Under the pieces are notes generated by a model that was not told where the DNA came from, searched no databases, and was given only the letters and a program-made list of their open reading frames with translations. The translations under genes were made by a program, and so were the position numbers. Shown here piece by piece: positions 53,706 through 62,422 of a stretch of DNA of 64,000 bases. The stretch lies in NCBI GenBank assembly GCA_018714165.1, contig DVNU01000089.1, forward strand, positions 832 through 64,831, in the 5' to 3' direction. This stretch comes from Candidatus Coproplasma excrementipullorum (GTDB lineage: Bacteria > Bacillota > Clostridia > Christensenellales > Borkfalkiaceae). Within the stretch, counting starts at the first letter, position 1, and every line of letters starts with the position of its first letter.

Positions 53706-54303
53706 ACTGACGCCGCAGGAAAAACGCCAGAAATTTTTGTGGGAGGCGCGCGACCTCATCATAGGCGCGGCGCTGCCATTTGTAATAATGTGCATATTCT
53801 CAAGCACGATAATACTCTTTGCCGACACCGATGACCTGGCCGTTCAGCTCATTGCCATAATAGGCGGCGACATACTGCTCGCCGCGGCATACTTTATATT
53901 CGGCAGACAGAACGGCGCCACGGCCTACCGCAAATATTACCTCAACGAGACAAAGCGCGCCCTCAACTCGTCGGATAAAAAGGCCATCTACAAGACGGGC
54001 GAATATGCGCTGTGGAAGGGCTTTGCTATCCCCTTGATTTCGTGTGTGCCCTTTATTATATTGCAGATAATCAACATCTGCGCGCCCAACACCTTCTGCG
54101 AGTTCATGCTCCGCTATGCCTGCGGCTGGGCGTATTTTCCCCTGCACGCCGCGGGTGTGCACGAGGCCGTAAACTTCGTATTCATCGTCATTCCCGTTGC
54201 GACGCACGTGGCGGGCTACATACTCGGAATGAAGAAGGAAGAAAAAATTCAGGCACAGGTGGCCGAAGAGAGCGCCAAATTAAAGAAGAAGCATAAAAAA
54301 TGA
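53695..54303 (+). CDS. Hypothetical membrane protein
   Basis: TTG start. Four or five hydrophobic helices and a Lys-rich tail. It overlaps both neighbouring genes. Confidence 0.5.
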   Translation: MQTELTPQEKRQKFLWEARDLIIGAALPFVIMCIFSSTIILFADTDDLAVQLIAIIGGDILLAAAYFIFGRQNGATAYRKYYLNETKRALNSSDKKAIYKTGEYALWKGFAIPLISCVPFIILQIINICAPNTFCEFMLRYACGWAYFPLHAAGVHEAVNFVFIVIPVATHVAGYILGMKKEEKIQAQVAEESAKLKKKHKK

Positions 54304-54854
54304 GGATAATCAGCGGAAAATATCGCGGCTTAAAACTCAATTCCTTCGAGGGCTCGGCCATCCGCCCCACGGCCGACAGGGTAAAGGAGAGCCTCTTCAA
54401 CATCCTCTATTCCGAAATTGCGGGTGCGCGCGTGCTCGATCTGTTCTGCGGCAGCGGAAGCCTGGGAATCGAGTGCCTTTCGCGCGGGGCGGCCTTCGTC
54501 GACTTCAACGATATATCCCCCGCCTCGGTAAAGCTGTTGAAGGGCAATCTTTCCCGCCTCAGGGGCGAGAGCAATTTCACCGTCACAACGGGCGACTATT
54601 CGGCCTTTCTTGCAAGGGCAAAGGCGCCCTACGACATAATCTTTATCGACCCGCCCTATGCTGATGATTGCGGCATATATGCGCTTCAATCTGTAGGTGA
54701 GCGCCGTCTTTTAAACGAGGGGGGAGTGGCCGTTTACGAGCGCGACAGGCCGTTCAAAGGCGAAATTTCCGGCCTTGAAGTGCGCGACGAGCGCAGGTAC
54801 GGCAAAACATATTTAACCTTTTTCCGCCCGTGCGGCGGCAAGGAGCAACTATGA
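54300..54854 (+). CDS. rsmD: 16S rRNA (guanine966-N2)-methyltransferase
   Basis: RIISGKYRG, PT-x-DRVKESLFN, FIDPPY. Confidence 0.85.
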   Translation: MRIISGKYRGLKLNSFEGSAIRPTADRVKESLFNILYSEIAGARVLDLFCGSGSLGIECLSRGAAFVDFNDISPASVKLLKGNLSRLRGESNFTVTTGDYSAFLARAKAPYDIIFIDPPYADDCGIYALQSVGERRLLNEGGVAVYERDRPFKGEISGLEVRDERRYGKTYLTFFRPCGGKEQL

Positions 54855-55339
54855 AAAAATGCGTATTTGCGGGCACCTTCGACCCGCCCACGGTCGGACA
54901 CGAGGATGTCGTTAAAAAATGCCTGCGCCTGTTCGACGAAGTCGTGGTGGCAATACTTGTAAATCCACAAAAAATCGCGCTGTTCACGGTCGAAGAGCGG
55001 CTCACCCTTTTAAACAAGCTCTTTGCGGGCGAGCCACGCGTGCGTGTGCGCACCTTTGGCGGCGCCGCCGTCGATCTTTTAAAGGAGGAGGACACGCCCT
55101 TCTATGTGCGCGGCGTGCGCGACGCCATAGATTTTGAATACGAAAACCGCAACCACTACGCCAGCAAGCGGCTTATGGACGATATTATTACCATCTATCT
55201 GCCTTGCGAGCAGAGCCATCAATATGTAAGTTCCACGCTGGTGAGAAATTCAATAAAATTCAAAAAGAACTACGCCGATCTTATTCCCGCGGCCATATGT
55301 GCGGACGTATCGGCAATGCTGGAGGACAAAGATGTTTGA
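54851..55339 (+). CDS. coaD: Pantetheine-phosphate adenylyltransferase
   Basis: GTFDPPTVGH motif. rsmD-coaD synteny. Confidence 0.9.
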   Translation: MKKCVFAGTFDPPTVGHEDVVKKCLRLFDEVVVAILVNPQKIALFTVEERLTLLNKLFAGEPRVRVRTFGGAAVDLLKEEDTPFYVRGVRDAIDFEYENRNHYASKRLMDDIITIYLPCEQSHQYVSSTLVRNSIKFKKNYADLIPAAICADVSAMLEDKDV

Positions 55340-56354
55340 AAAACAGGTAAAAATTCCCGAACCCGAAGAGATTAAAGAGATAATGCCCATGCCCGAAAAG
55401 CTGGCAAAAATCAAGGCCGTGCGCGATAAAATGGTGGCAGACGTCATCACGGGCGAAAGCGACAAAATGCTGCTTATCGTCGGCCCCTGCTCGGCTCATG
55501 CCGAAAAACCCGTGCTCGACTATGTCGAGCGCCTCGGCAAACTCAACGACGAGGTCAAGGATAAACTTGTAATCGTACCCCGCATTTACACGGGCAAGCC
55601 CCGCACCAAGGGTGTGGGGTATAAGGGAATGTTCTCTCAGCCCGACCCCAAAAAGGGCGAGGACATTTTAAAGGGCATCTACGCCATCCGCGACTTGAAC
55701 ATCCGCGCCATAGAAAATTCCGGTCTCACCGCCGCAGACGAAATGCTCTACCCCGCCAACTATAACTATGTGGACGACCTTCTCTCCTACGTCGCTGTCG
55801 GCGCAAGAAGCTGTGAAAACCAGCTTCACCGCCTGGTATCCAGCGGCGTGGACGTGGCCGTCGGCATAAAAAATCCCATGAGCGGTTCTGTAATGGTAAT
55901 GCTCAATTCTATTTACGCCGCACAGTCGGGGCAGGTGTTCAAGCTCAACGGCTGGCAGGTAAAAACGCAGGGCAATCCCCTTGCGCACGGCATACTGCGC
56001 GGCGCGGTGGACGGCTACGGCAACGACATTCCCAACTTCCACTACGAAACTGTAATGCAGGCGGCCGACGGCTACGCAAAGTCGGGCCTTAAAAACCCTG
56101 CAATTATAATAGACGCCAACCACTCCAACAGCGGTAAAAAGTGCCGCCAGCAGATACGTATCTGCGAGGAGGTTATGCAGAACCGCCTGTATGACGCCGA
56201 CTTCAAAAAGATTGTCAAGGGCTTCATGATTGAAAGCTTCATCGAAGAGGGCAACCAGAAGGAGGACATCGTTTACGGCAAGTCCATAACCGACCCCTGC
56301 CTCGGCTGGGAGGACACAAAAAGGCTCATACTCGATATCGCCGCAAAAGTGTAA
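55332..56354 (+). CDS. 3-deoxy-7-phosphoheptulonate (DAHP) synthase, class I
   Basis: LLIVGPCSAH and GKPRTKGVGYKGM motifs. 8-nt overlap with coaD. Confidence 0.8.
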   Translation: MFEKQVKIPEPEEIKEIMPMPEKLAKIKAVRDKMVADVITGESDKMLLIVGPCSAHAEKPVLDYVERLGKLNDEVKDKLVIVPRIYTGKPRTKGVGYKGMFSQPDPKKGEDILKGIYAIRDLNIRAIENSGLTAADEMLYPANYNYVDDLLSYVAVGARSCENQLHRLVSSGVDVAVGIKNPMSGSVMVMLNSIYAAQSGQVFKLNGWQVKTQGNPLAHGILRGAVDGYGNDIPNFHYETVMQAADGYAKSGLKNPAIIIDANHSNSGKKCRQQIRICEEVMQNRLYDADFKKIVKGFMIESFIEEGNQKEDIVYGKSITDPCLGWEDTKRLILDIAAKV

Positions 56355-56360
56355 TATAAA

Positions 56361-56618
56361 ATGAATTGCGCGCATTCGCGCATGAATTGAATACTGCGTA
56401 TTCATGAATTGCCGCCTCAACCCCTCACTTAGATTATGTCGGCTATATGGCGGCATGAATTGCAAGCAGAGCTTGCATTATGGTGGGCATTTTTTTAAAT
56501 TGCTTTTCGCCTAAATGGAGCAATCTCAGATTGTAAAAATTCATGAAGGCTTTGCCTTCAATTCATTGAGGCTGTAAGCCGAAAATTCCTGGAGCCGCCG
56601 CAGGCGGCGAGAATTCAT
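56361..56618. repeat. Array of seven ATGAATT motifs (four forward, three reverse) interleaved with short hairpins
   Basis: Forward copies start at 56361, 56382, 56404 and 56455. Reverse copies (AATTCAT) are at 56538, 56560 and 56612. Hairpins include tgcgcg/cgcgca, tgaatac/gtattca and tgcaagc/gcttgca. Confidence 0.8.
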
Positions 56619-56648
56619 GCACGCCAAAGCGTGCCAATAGGTATCTCA

Positions 56649-57446
56649 ATGTCAACAATCGGTTATCTCGGCCCCGAGGGCAGCTATTCTCAACTGGCCG
56701 CGCAAAAGCTTTCGCACGGCGACATAAACCCTTATCCTTCCTTCTATGCACTCGTCTCGGCACTGGAGCAGGGGGAGGCGGACGGCATAGTCCTGCCCGT
56801 CGAAAACTCGTTAAACGGCGGGGTAATGCAAAATCTCGACCTTTTGCAGGAGGCCGAGGGCCTGATTGCCGTAAAAGAGGTGATATTGCCCATAGAACAC
56901 CGCCTATTAACGCTAAAGGACGCGGACAGATGCGGCATAACCACTATATATTCCCACTCCCAGGCGCTCGGCCAGTGCGCTAAATATATCAATTCGCACT
57001 TTCCCGATGCAAAACTCGTGCCCACGCCGTCCACCGCGGCCTGCGTGGAGAGGGTCAGAACCACTGCCGACGCGGGCATCGTCGGTGCGCAGTTTTCGGC
57101 AGAGGGCTACAAGCTCTGGCCCGAATGTATTTCGGACGAGCAAAGCAACTGCACGCAGTTTCTGTATGTCGTAAAGGGCAGCCCCGATCCCTCCGTTCAC
57201 AGCGGCAAAATTTTTCTCTGCCTCACCTGCGCGCACCGTCCGGGGGCGCTTTTAGAGGTGCTGGCAGTTTTCGCCCGCGAGGAAATAAACATGACAAAGA
57301 TAGAGAGCCGCCCCATCAAGGACAGGGTGGGGGAGTACAGGTTTTTCATTGAGATAGAGGCAGACTATTCCTCGCCCGAAATTCAGTCGGCAATGAATTC
57401 GCTGAGGGATATATGCAACTCAATCAAGATTTTAGGCTGCTATTAA
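56649..57446 (+). CDS. pheA: Prephenate dehydratase
   Basis: N-terminal IGYLGPEGSYS, followed by an ACT domain with ESRP. Confidence 0.85.
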   Translation: MSTIGYLGPEGSYSQLAAQKLSHGDINPYPSFYALVSALEQGEADGIVLPVENSLNGGVMQNLDLLQEAEGLIAVKEVILPIEHRLLTLKDADRCGITTIYSHSQALGQCAKYINSHFPDAKLVPTPSTAACVERVRTTADAGIVGAQFSAEGYKLWPECISDEQSNCTQFLYVVKGSPDPSVHSGKIFLCLTCAHRPGALLEVLAVFAREEINMTKIESRPIKDRVGEYRFFIEIEADYSSPEIQSAMNSLRDICNSIKILGCY

Positions 57447-58385
57447 AGGCAACAGCAGGGCAAAGCACAGCGCGCCCTGCGCAACCTTTATCAGCATAAA
57501 TTTCAGCGGTTTAACGCCGCATTTGGTCAGATAGCACAGCTGTTGCGCGATTATCGAAAGTCCGCCGAATGTTATCAAAAACCCCGCCAGCGGAAGGGCA
57601 AGACCGCCGCCTGCGGCGGCAAGGGCGGCGCATCCGCCAGTAGCCTCGATAAGTCCGCGGCAGAAAGCGGATGCACATTGCCCCAAAAGGGGTGTCAGAG
57701 CGGCTTCAAGCGGGAATAATATATAAAAATCGTATGCGGCGCGCGCCAGCGTGTAGAAAAAGCATATGAACCCGCCCGCAACTATCACGGATATGACCGC
57801 CGAATAGAATGAATCGTATAAAACATTGCCGCGCTCTGCCCGAAGTGGCCGGGCGGCGACACCGGCTTTGCCCCGCTCAATAAGGCATATTGCCAGGGCA
57901 ACGGCGGCGACAGATACCAGGTGTGCGGCCAGAAGCAGTGCCCCCGCGGCCTTGCTTTTAAACATATTCTGTCCCACGCTCGCAATCAAAAACAGCGGGC
58001 CTGATGTCGAGCACAGTGGCGCAAGTTTTTGCGCGTCGGCCTCGTTGATCTCGCCGCGCTGGCAGTATTCATATACAATCCTGCTCCCCGCGGGATAGCC
58101 CGAAAAGGCACTCATTATAAAGATTACCGCCGCGGCGGGCGGCAGTCCGAAAAAGTTGCACACCCTTTTGAATGGCCGCGCGGCCAATTCCGCCCCGCCC
58201 GTCGATATAAACAGCAAGGTTATTACCATAAAGGGGAATAGCGCGGGCAGAACGCACTGTGCCCACAGTGCTATGCCCTCCAGACAGGCGGGCACATACC
58301 TTTCGGGCGAGGTCGCCAGCACTGCGGCAAACAGCGCAAGGCAGATATACAGCGGCACATATTTAACTAAAATCCGACATTTCAT
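57432..58385 (-). CDS. ylbJ: YlbJ-like sporulation integral membrane protein (nucleoside-recognition/Gate family)
   Basis: Polytopic membrane protein. It is adjacent to rsmD-coaD and to a ylbK-like patatin gene, as in Bacillus. Confidence 0.6.
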   Translation of the reverse strand: MKCRILVKYVPLYICLALFAAVLATSPERYVPACLEGIALWAQCVLPALFPFMVITLLFISTGGAELAARPFKRVCNFFGLPPAAAVIFIMSAFSGYPAGSRIVYEYCQRGEINEADAQKLAPLCSTSGPLFLIASVGQNMFKSKAAGALLLAAHLVSVAAVALAICLIERGKAGVAARPLRAERGNVLYDSFYSAVISVIVAGGFICFFYTLARAAYDFYILFPLEAALTPLLGQCASAFCRGLIEATGGCAALAAAGGGLALPLAGFLITFGGLSIIAQQLCYLTKCGVKPLKFMLIKVAQGALCFALLLPLIAA

Positions 58386-58416
58386 AGTACATAATTATTT
58401 ATATGAGAGGTCTTTT

Positions 58417-59211
58417 ATGAGTAAAAAGTTAGGACTTGCCCTCGGCGCGGGAGGCGCCCGCGGAGCGGCACATATCGGTTTTTTGCAGGCGCTTGAAGAG
58501 GAGGGGATCAAACCCGACGTAATCGCAGGTTGTTCTATGGGCGCCGTAGTCGGCGGCGCGTATGCGGCGGGACTGTCCGTCGAGGAAATTCTGGCCGCCG
58601 TACGCGAACTCAAGGTTGCCGACCTTATAGATCCTTCGGGAATGGTCGTAACCAAACTTGCGTTCTTCAAGGGCAACAAGGTGCGCAAACTTCTCATCTC
58701 CAAGTTCGGCGAAGTCACCTTCGACAAGCTCAATATCCCCTTCGTCTGCGTTGCGGTGGACATTCTAGGCGGCAGGCTAACTATCCTCAACGAGGGCAAC
58801 GTTGCCGACGCGGTGCGCGCCTCCTCGGCCATACCAACGGTATTCCGTCCCGTGCAGATGGGCGACAAACTGCTCATCGACGGCGGCGTTCTCTGCCGCG
58901 TTCCCGTAAGGCAGTGCAAGGATCTGGGCGCAGATGTCGTCGTCGCCTTCGACGTGCTCTCTAACACTGGCGAAAGTGTAGACAAAGTGCCCAACATCGT
59001 CGCAAAGGTGCTCAGGATTTTCGATATAATGGACTACAACCAGAACGAGTTTGCCAAGCGCGACTACAAGGACTGCTACGATTTATGGCTCGAACCTCAT
59101 ATGGAGGGGTTGAGCGCCTACAACGTAAAGGACGCCGAGAGGGCCTACGAGCTCGGCTATGAATACGCAAAACAGCACGTGGGGGAGATAAAGGCGCTCC
59201 TCACAGATTAA
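58417..59211 (+). CDS. Patatin-like phospholipase (YlbK-like)
   Basis: The start is at MSKKLG, after gagagg. Motifs GAGGARG, GCSMG (GxSxG) and DGG. Confidence 0.85.
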   Translation: MSKKLGLALGAGGARGAAHIGFLQALEEEGIKPDVIAGCSMGAVVGGAYAAGLSVEEILAAVRELKVADLIDPSGMVVTKLAFFKGNKVRKLLISKFGEVTFDKLNIPFVCVAVDILGGRLTILNEGNVADAVRASSAIPTVFRPVQMGDKLLIDGGVLCRVPVRQCKDLGADVVVAFDVLSNTGESVDKVPNIVAKVLRIFDIMDYNQNEFAKRDYKDCYDLWLEPHMEGLSAYNVKDAERAYELGYEYAKQHVGEIKALLTD

Positions 59212-59212
59212 A

Positions 59213-60526
59213 ATGGATTTATTCGACTTCAACGGCAATGCCGAGGCGGCCAAGCCCCTCGCCGAACGTATGCGCGCCAACAATTTAAACGACTTCATCG
59301 GCCAGAGGCACATCGTCGCCGAAGGCTCGCTCCTCCGCCGCGCCATCTCGCTCGACAGATTGGGCAGCTGTATCTTTTACGGCCCTCCGGGCACGGGAAA
59401 GACCACGCTTGCCAACATAATAGCGCAGACCACCCACGGCGAGTTTATAAAGCTCAACGCCGTTCAAGCTGGCGTGGCCGACGTAAAAAAGGCCGTGCAG
59501 GAGGCTGAAAACAACCTCAAAATGTACGGCAAGCGCACCTATCTGATGTTGGATGAGTGCCACCGCTTTTCAAAGACCCAGTCCGATTCCCTCCTGCCCG
59601 CAATCGAACAGGGCACGATAATTTTTATAGGCTCCACAACCGAAAATCCCTATGCCTCGATGACCCCCGCAATAGTTTCGCGCTGCCGAGTCTTTGCGTT
59701 CAAACGCCTTTCAACGGAGGATATCCGCGGGGCAATCAAAAAGGCGCTCGCCGATAAGCGCAGGGGGCTGGGCAACTATAACGCCGTCGTCGACGACGAT
59801 GCGATAGACCACATCGCCGTCACGGCAGGGGGAGATCTGCGCACGGCATACAACGCTTTAGAGCTTGCAGTTCTGACCACCCCGCCCGCGCAGGACGGAG
59901 TAATTCACGTAACGCTCGCCGATGCCGAGCAGTCCATTCAGAAAAAGGCGCTCTCTTATAACGAGGACGACTATTACGACTATCTTTCGGCCTTCTGCAA
60001 GTCGCTCCGCGGCAGCGATGCGGACGCGGCGCTGTACTATGCAATGCGCCTCATTTCGGGCGGGTGCGATCCCATGCTCGTTGCAAGGCGGCTGGTTGTG
60101 CACTCGGCGGAGGACGTGGGTATGGCGGACCCGCGCGCCCTGCAGATTGCCGCTTCGGCCATGTATGTGCTAGAAAAGACGGGCGCGCCCGAAGGGCTCA
60201 TTCCCCTGTCGGAGGCCATAGTGTATGTGTGCGAAGCACCCAAGAGCAACTCTGTAATTGAGGCTATGCAGGCCGCCAGAAGCGATGCCGAAACCGTGCG
60301 CGACGACGACGGTGTCCCCGCGTACCTGCGCGATCACTCCTACGACAGCCGCGAGGGCAAAAGGGAGGCGGCAAAGTATAAGTATCCGCACAACTACCCC
60401 AGCGGCTATGTTGAACAGCAGTACCTTCCTGACAGTTTAAAGGGCAAAAAATATTACATACCCAAGGGCATCGGCTATGAGCTGAAGGTGGAGGAAATCC
60501 GCCGCTCGAAGGGCAAGAAGGACTGA
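59213..60526 (+). CDS. rarA: Replication-associated recombination protein A
   Basis: Walker A GPPGTGKTT. The MgsA C-terminal region is present. Confidence 0.9.
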   Translation: MDLFDFNGNAEAAKPLAERMRANNLNDFIGQRHIVAEGSLLRRAISLDRLGSCIFYGPPGTGKTTLANIIAQTTHGEFIKLNAVQAGVADVKKAVQEAENNLKMYGKRTYLMLDECHRFSKTQSDSLLPAIEQGTIIFIGSTTENPYASMTPAIVSRCRVFAFKRLSTEDIRGAIKKALADKRRGLGNYNAVVDDDAIDHIAVTAGGDLRTAYNALELAVLTTPPAQDGVIHVTLADAEQSIQKKALSYNEDDYYDYLSAFCKSLRGSDADAALYYAMRLISGGCDPMLVARRLVVHSAEDVGMADPRALQIAASAMYVLEKTGAPEGLIPLSEAIVYVCEAPKSNSVIEAMQAARSDAETVRDDDGVPAYLRDHSYDSREGKREAAKYKYPHNYPSGYVEQQYLPDSLKGKKYYIPKGIGYELKVEEIRRSKGKKD

Positions 60527-60561
60527 GGCTCTTCAGTTAATTGAATATAAGGCAAAATATA

Positions 60562-60602
60562 ACAGCCGCGCGGCGGGATTTTCCCGCCGCGCGGCTGTTT
60601 TT
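60562..60602 (+). terminator. rarA terminator
   Basis: 16-bp stem acagccgcgcggcggg / cccgccgcgcggctgt, followed by T5. Confidence 0.85.
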
Positions 60603-60610
60603 ATGCCATT

Positions 60611-61570
60611 TTGTATCGGCGGTTTACTTCACGCGCAGTCATAATCGCGCCGCCCCGTAAATATATTATCGTACAGGTCGCCATGAGGCGGGCAGGTCTG
60701 CCGCCGCCCGTCGGGGCGCGATATTTTCAGCAGAAAAAATTATTTTTCGACAAAGGCTCGGTGTTTCCGACATCGTCAATAATATATCATCGGGGTACAA
60801 CTTTGGCATACGTTTTAAAAATCAAGGGCGTAATCATCTGTTTTCTCATAGCGGTGGTCATCACCGCTCTCAGCCTTTCGGCGTACTATTCGGGCGCATA
60901 TGCCGTCTACTTCGGCTCAACCGTGCGCAAACTGCCCATCTATTCGGTGGGAACGGAGGAAAAAGTCGTTTCGCTCTCCTTCGACTGCGCCTGGGGCACC
61001 GACCACACCGACGCAATTTTAAGCGAGCTGGAGCGCGAAAATGTTACGGCCACATGGTTTATGGTGGAGTTCTGGACGGAAAAATATCCCGACTACGTCT
61101 CCAAAATCTCGCAGGCCGGCCACGAAATAGGCACTCATTCTGCAACACACTCGTATATGTCCCGCCTGGGCGCCGACGAGATAAAGAGCGAACTCACCTC
61201 ATCGGCGGAGGCCATAACCTCTGTTACGGGCGAGGCCGTCGAGCTCTTCCGTCCGCCCTACGGCGACTACGACGACGAGCTCATCACCGCCGCCGAAGAG
61301 CTGGGGCTTTTCACCATTCAGTGGGACGTGGACAGTCTGGACTGGAAGGATTTATCGGCAAACGACATAGCTATGCGCGTTATAAACGCCGTACAGCCTG
61401 GCAGCATAATACTCATGCACAACAACGGCCTGTACACCGCCGAAAGCCTGCCAATAATAATCTCCACGCTCAAAAACCGCGGCTACGAGTTCAGACCGAT
61501 AGGCGAGATGATCTACCGCACCGACTACACCCTCGACAGCAACGGACGCCAACAGTTGACATCAAGATAA
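60611..61570 (+). CDS. Polysaccharide deacetylase (NodB domain, PdaB-like)
   Basis: VSLSFDCAWG, HEIGTHS and LMHN motifs. The true start is uncertain: candidates are ATG 60683 or an in-frame TTG near 60803, before the TM helix. Confidence 0.75.
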   Translation: MYRRFTSRAVIIAPPRKYIIVQVAMRRAGLPPPVGARYFQQKKLFFDKGSVFPTSSIIYHRGTTLAYVLKIKGVIICFLIAVVITALSLSAYYSGAYAVYFGSTVRKLPIYSVGTEEKVVSLSFDCAWGTDHTDAILSELERENVTATWFMVEFWTEKYPDYVSKISQAGHEIGTHSATHSYMSRLGADEIKSELTSSAEAITSVTGEAVELFRPPYGDYDDELITAAEELGLFTIQWDVDSLDWKDLSANDIAMRVINAVQPGSIILMHNNGLYTAESLPIIISTLKNRGYEFRPIGEMIYRTDYTLDSNGRQQLTSR

Positions 61571-61591
61571 ATTTGTAAAAGAGGTACAATT

Positions 61592-62287
61592 ATGAATGTC
61601 AGCAGTGAAAAGAACAACAAAGTCTATCTGTGCGGAAAAATAGCCTCCAAGGCCGTCTTTTCGCACGAAGTTTTCGGGGAGGGGTTCTACGAGTTCTATG
61701 TAAAGGTCAACCGTCTGTCCGGCCAGGCCGACATCCTTCCCGTCACCATTTCCGAGAGGCTTATGACCCCCGAAATGGTGGAGGGGGCAACGCTGTGCGC
61801 GCTGGGGCAGTTCCGCTCCTTCAACAAGCTCGAAGGCGGCCGCTCGCGTCTCATGCTCACCGTGTTCGTGCGCGAAGTACTGTCCGCGCCGCCCTCGTCC
61901 AACCCCAATTCCATAGTCCTTTCGGGCTACATATGCAAGCCGCCCGTCTACCGCACCACGCCCTTCAACCGCGAGATTGCCGATCTTTTGATTGCCGTAA
62001 ACCGTTCGTACAACAAGTCCGACTATATCCCCGCTATAGCGTGGGGCAGGAACGCGCGCTTCGTCTCCAAAATGGCCGTGGGCGACAAGATAGTTCTGTC
62101 GGGGCGCATACAGTCGCGCGAGTACCAGAAAAAGCAGGCCGACGACAGTTTTGTAACAATGACGGCCTATGAAGTTTCAATATCCAAACTGGCGCTCTAC
62201 GACGACTATTCGCCCTTTGACATAGACGAAGAGTTCTCGCTCTACACCTGCCCGCACGACGAACACAGCCACGCAGACAAACTTTGA
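61592..62287 (+). CDS. SSB-like protein with two tandem OB-fold halves
   Basis: 231 aa. Each half carries an SSB-like pattern: NKVYLCGKI...ILPVTISERL...GATLCALGQFRS and NSIVLSGYI...IPAIAWGRNA...GDKIVLSGRIQSREY. Confidence 0.55.
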   Translation: MNVSSEKNNKVYLCGKIASKAVFSHEVFGEGFYEFYVKVNRLSGQADILPVTISERLMTPEMVEGATLCALGQFRSFNKLEGGRSRLMLTVFVREVLSAPPSSNPNSIVLSGYICKPPVYRTTPFNREIADLLIAVNRSYNKSDYIPAIAWGRNARFVSKMAVGDKIVLSGRIQSREYQKKQADDSFVTMTAYEVSISKLALYDDYSPFDIDEEFSLYTCPHDEHSHADKL

Positions 62288-62422
62288 CCCCAACATATGT
62301 GCCGTTTACTGCGGTATAAGTAGGTTTTTATGTTGGTATAATTAAAAATGATACAACAAAATTAAAATTTGCGCGCCCGCCGTTTGCAAAACGGCGGGCA
62401 CAATATTATAATTCAATTCACT

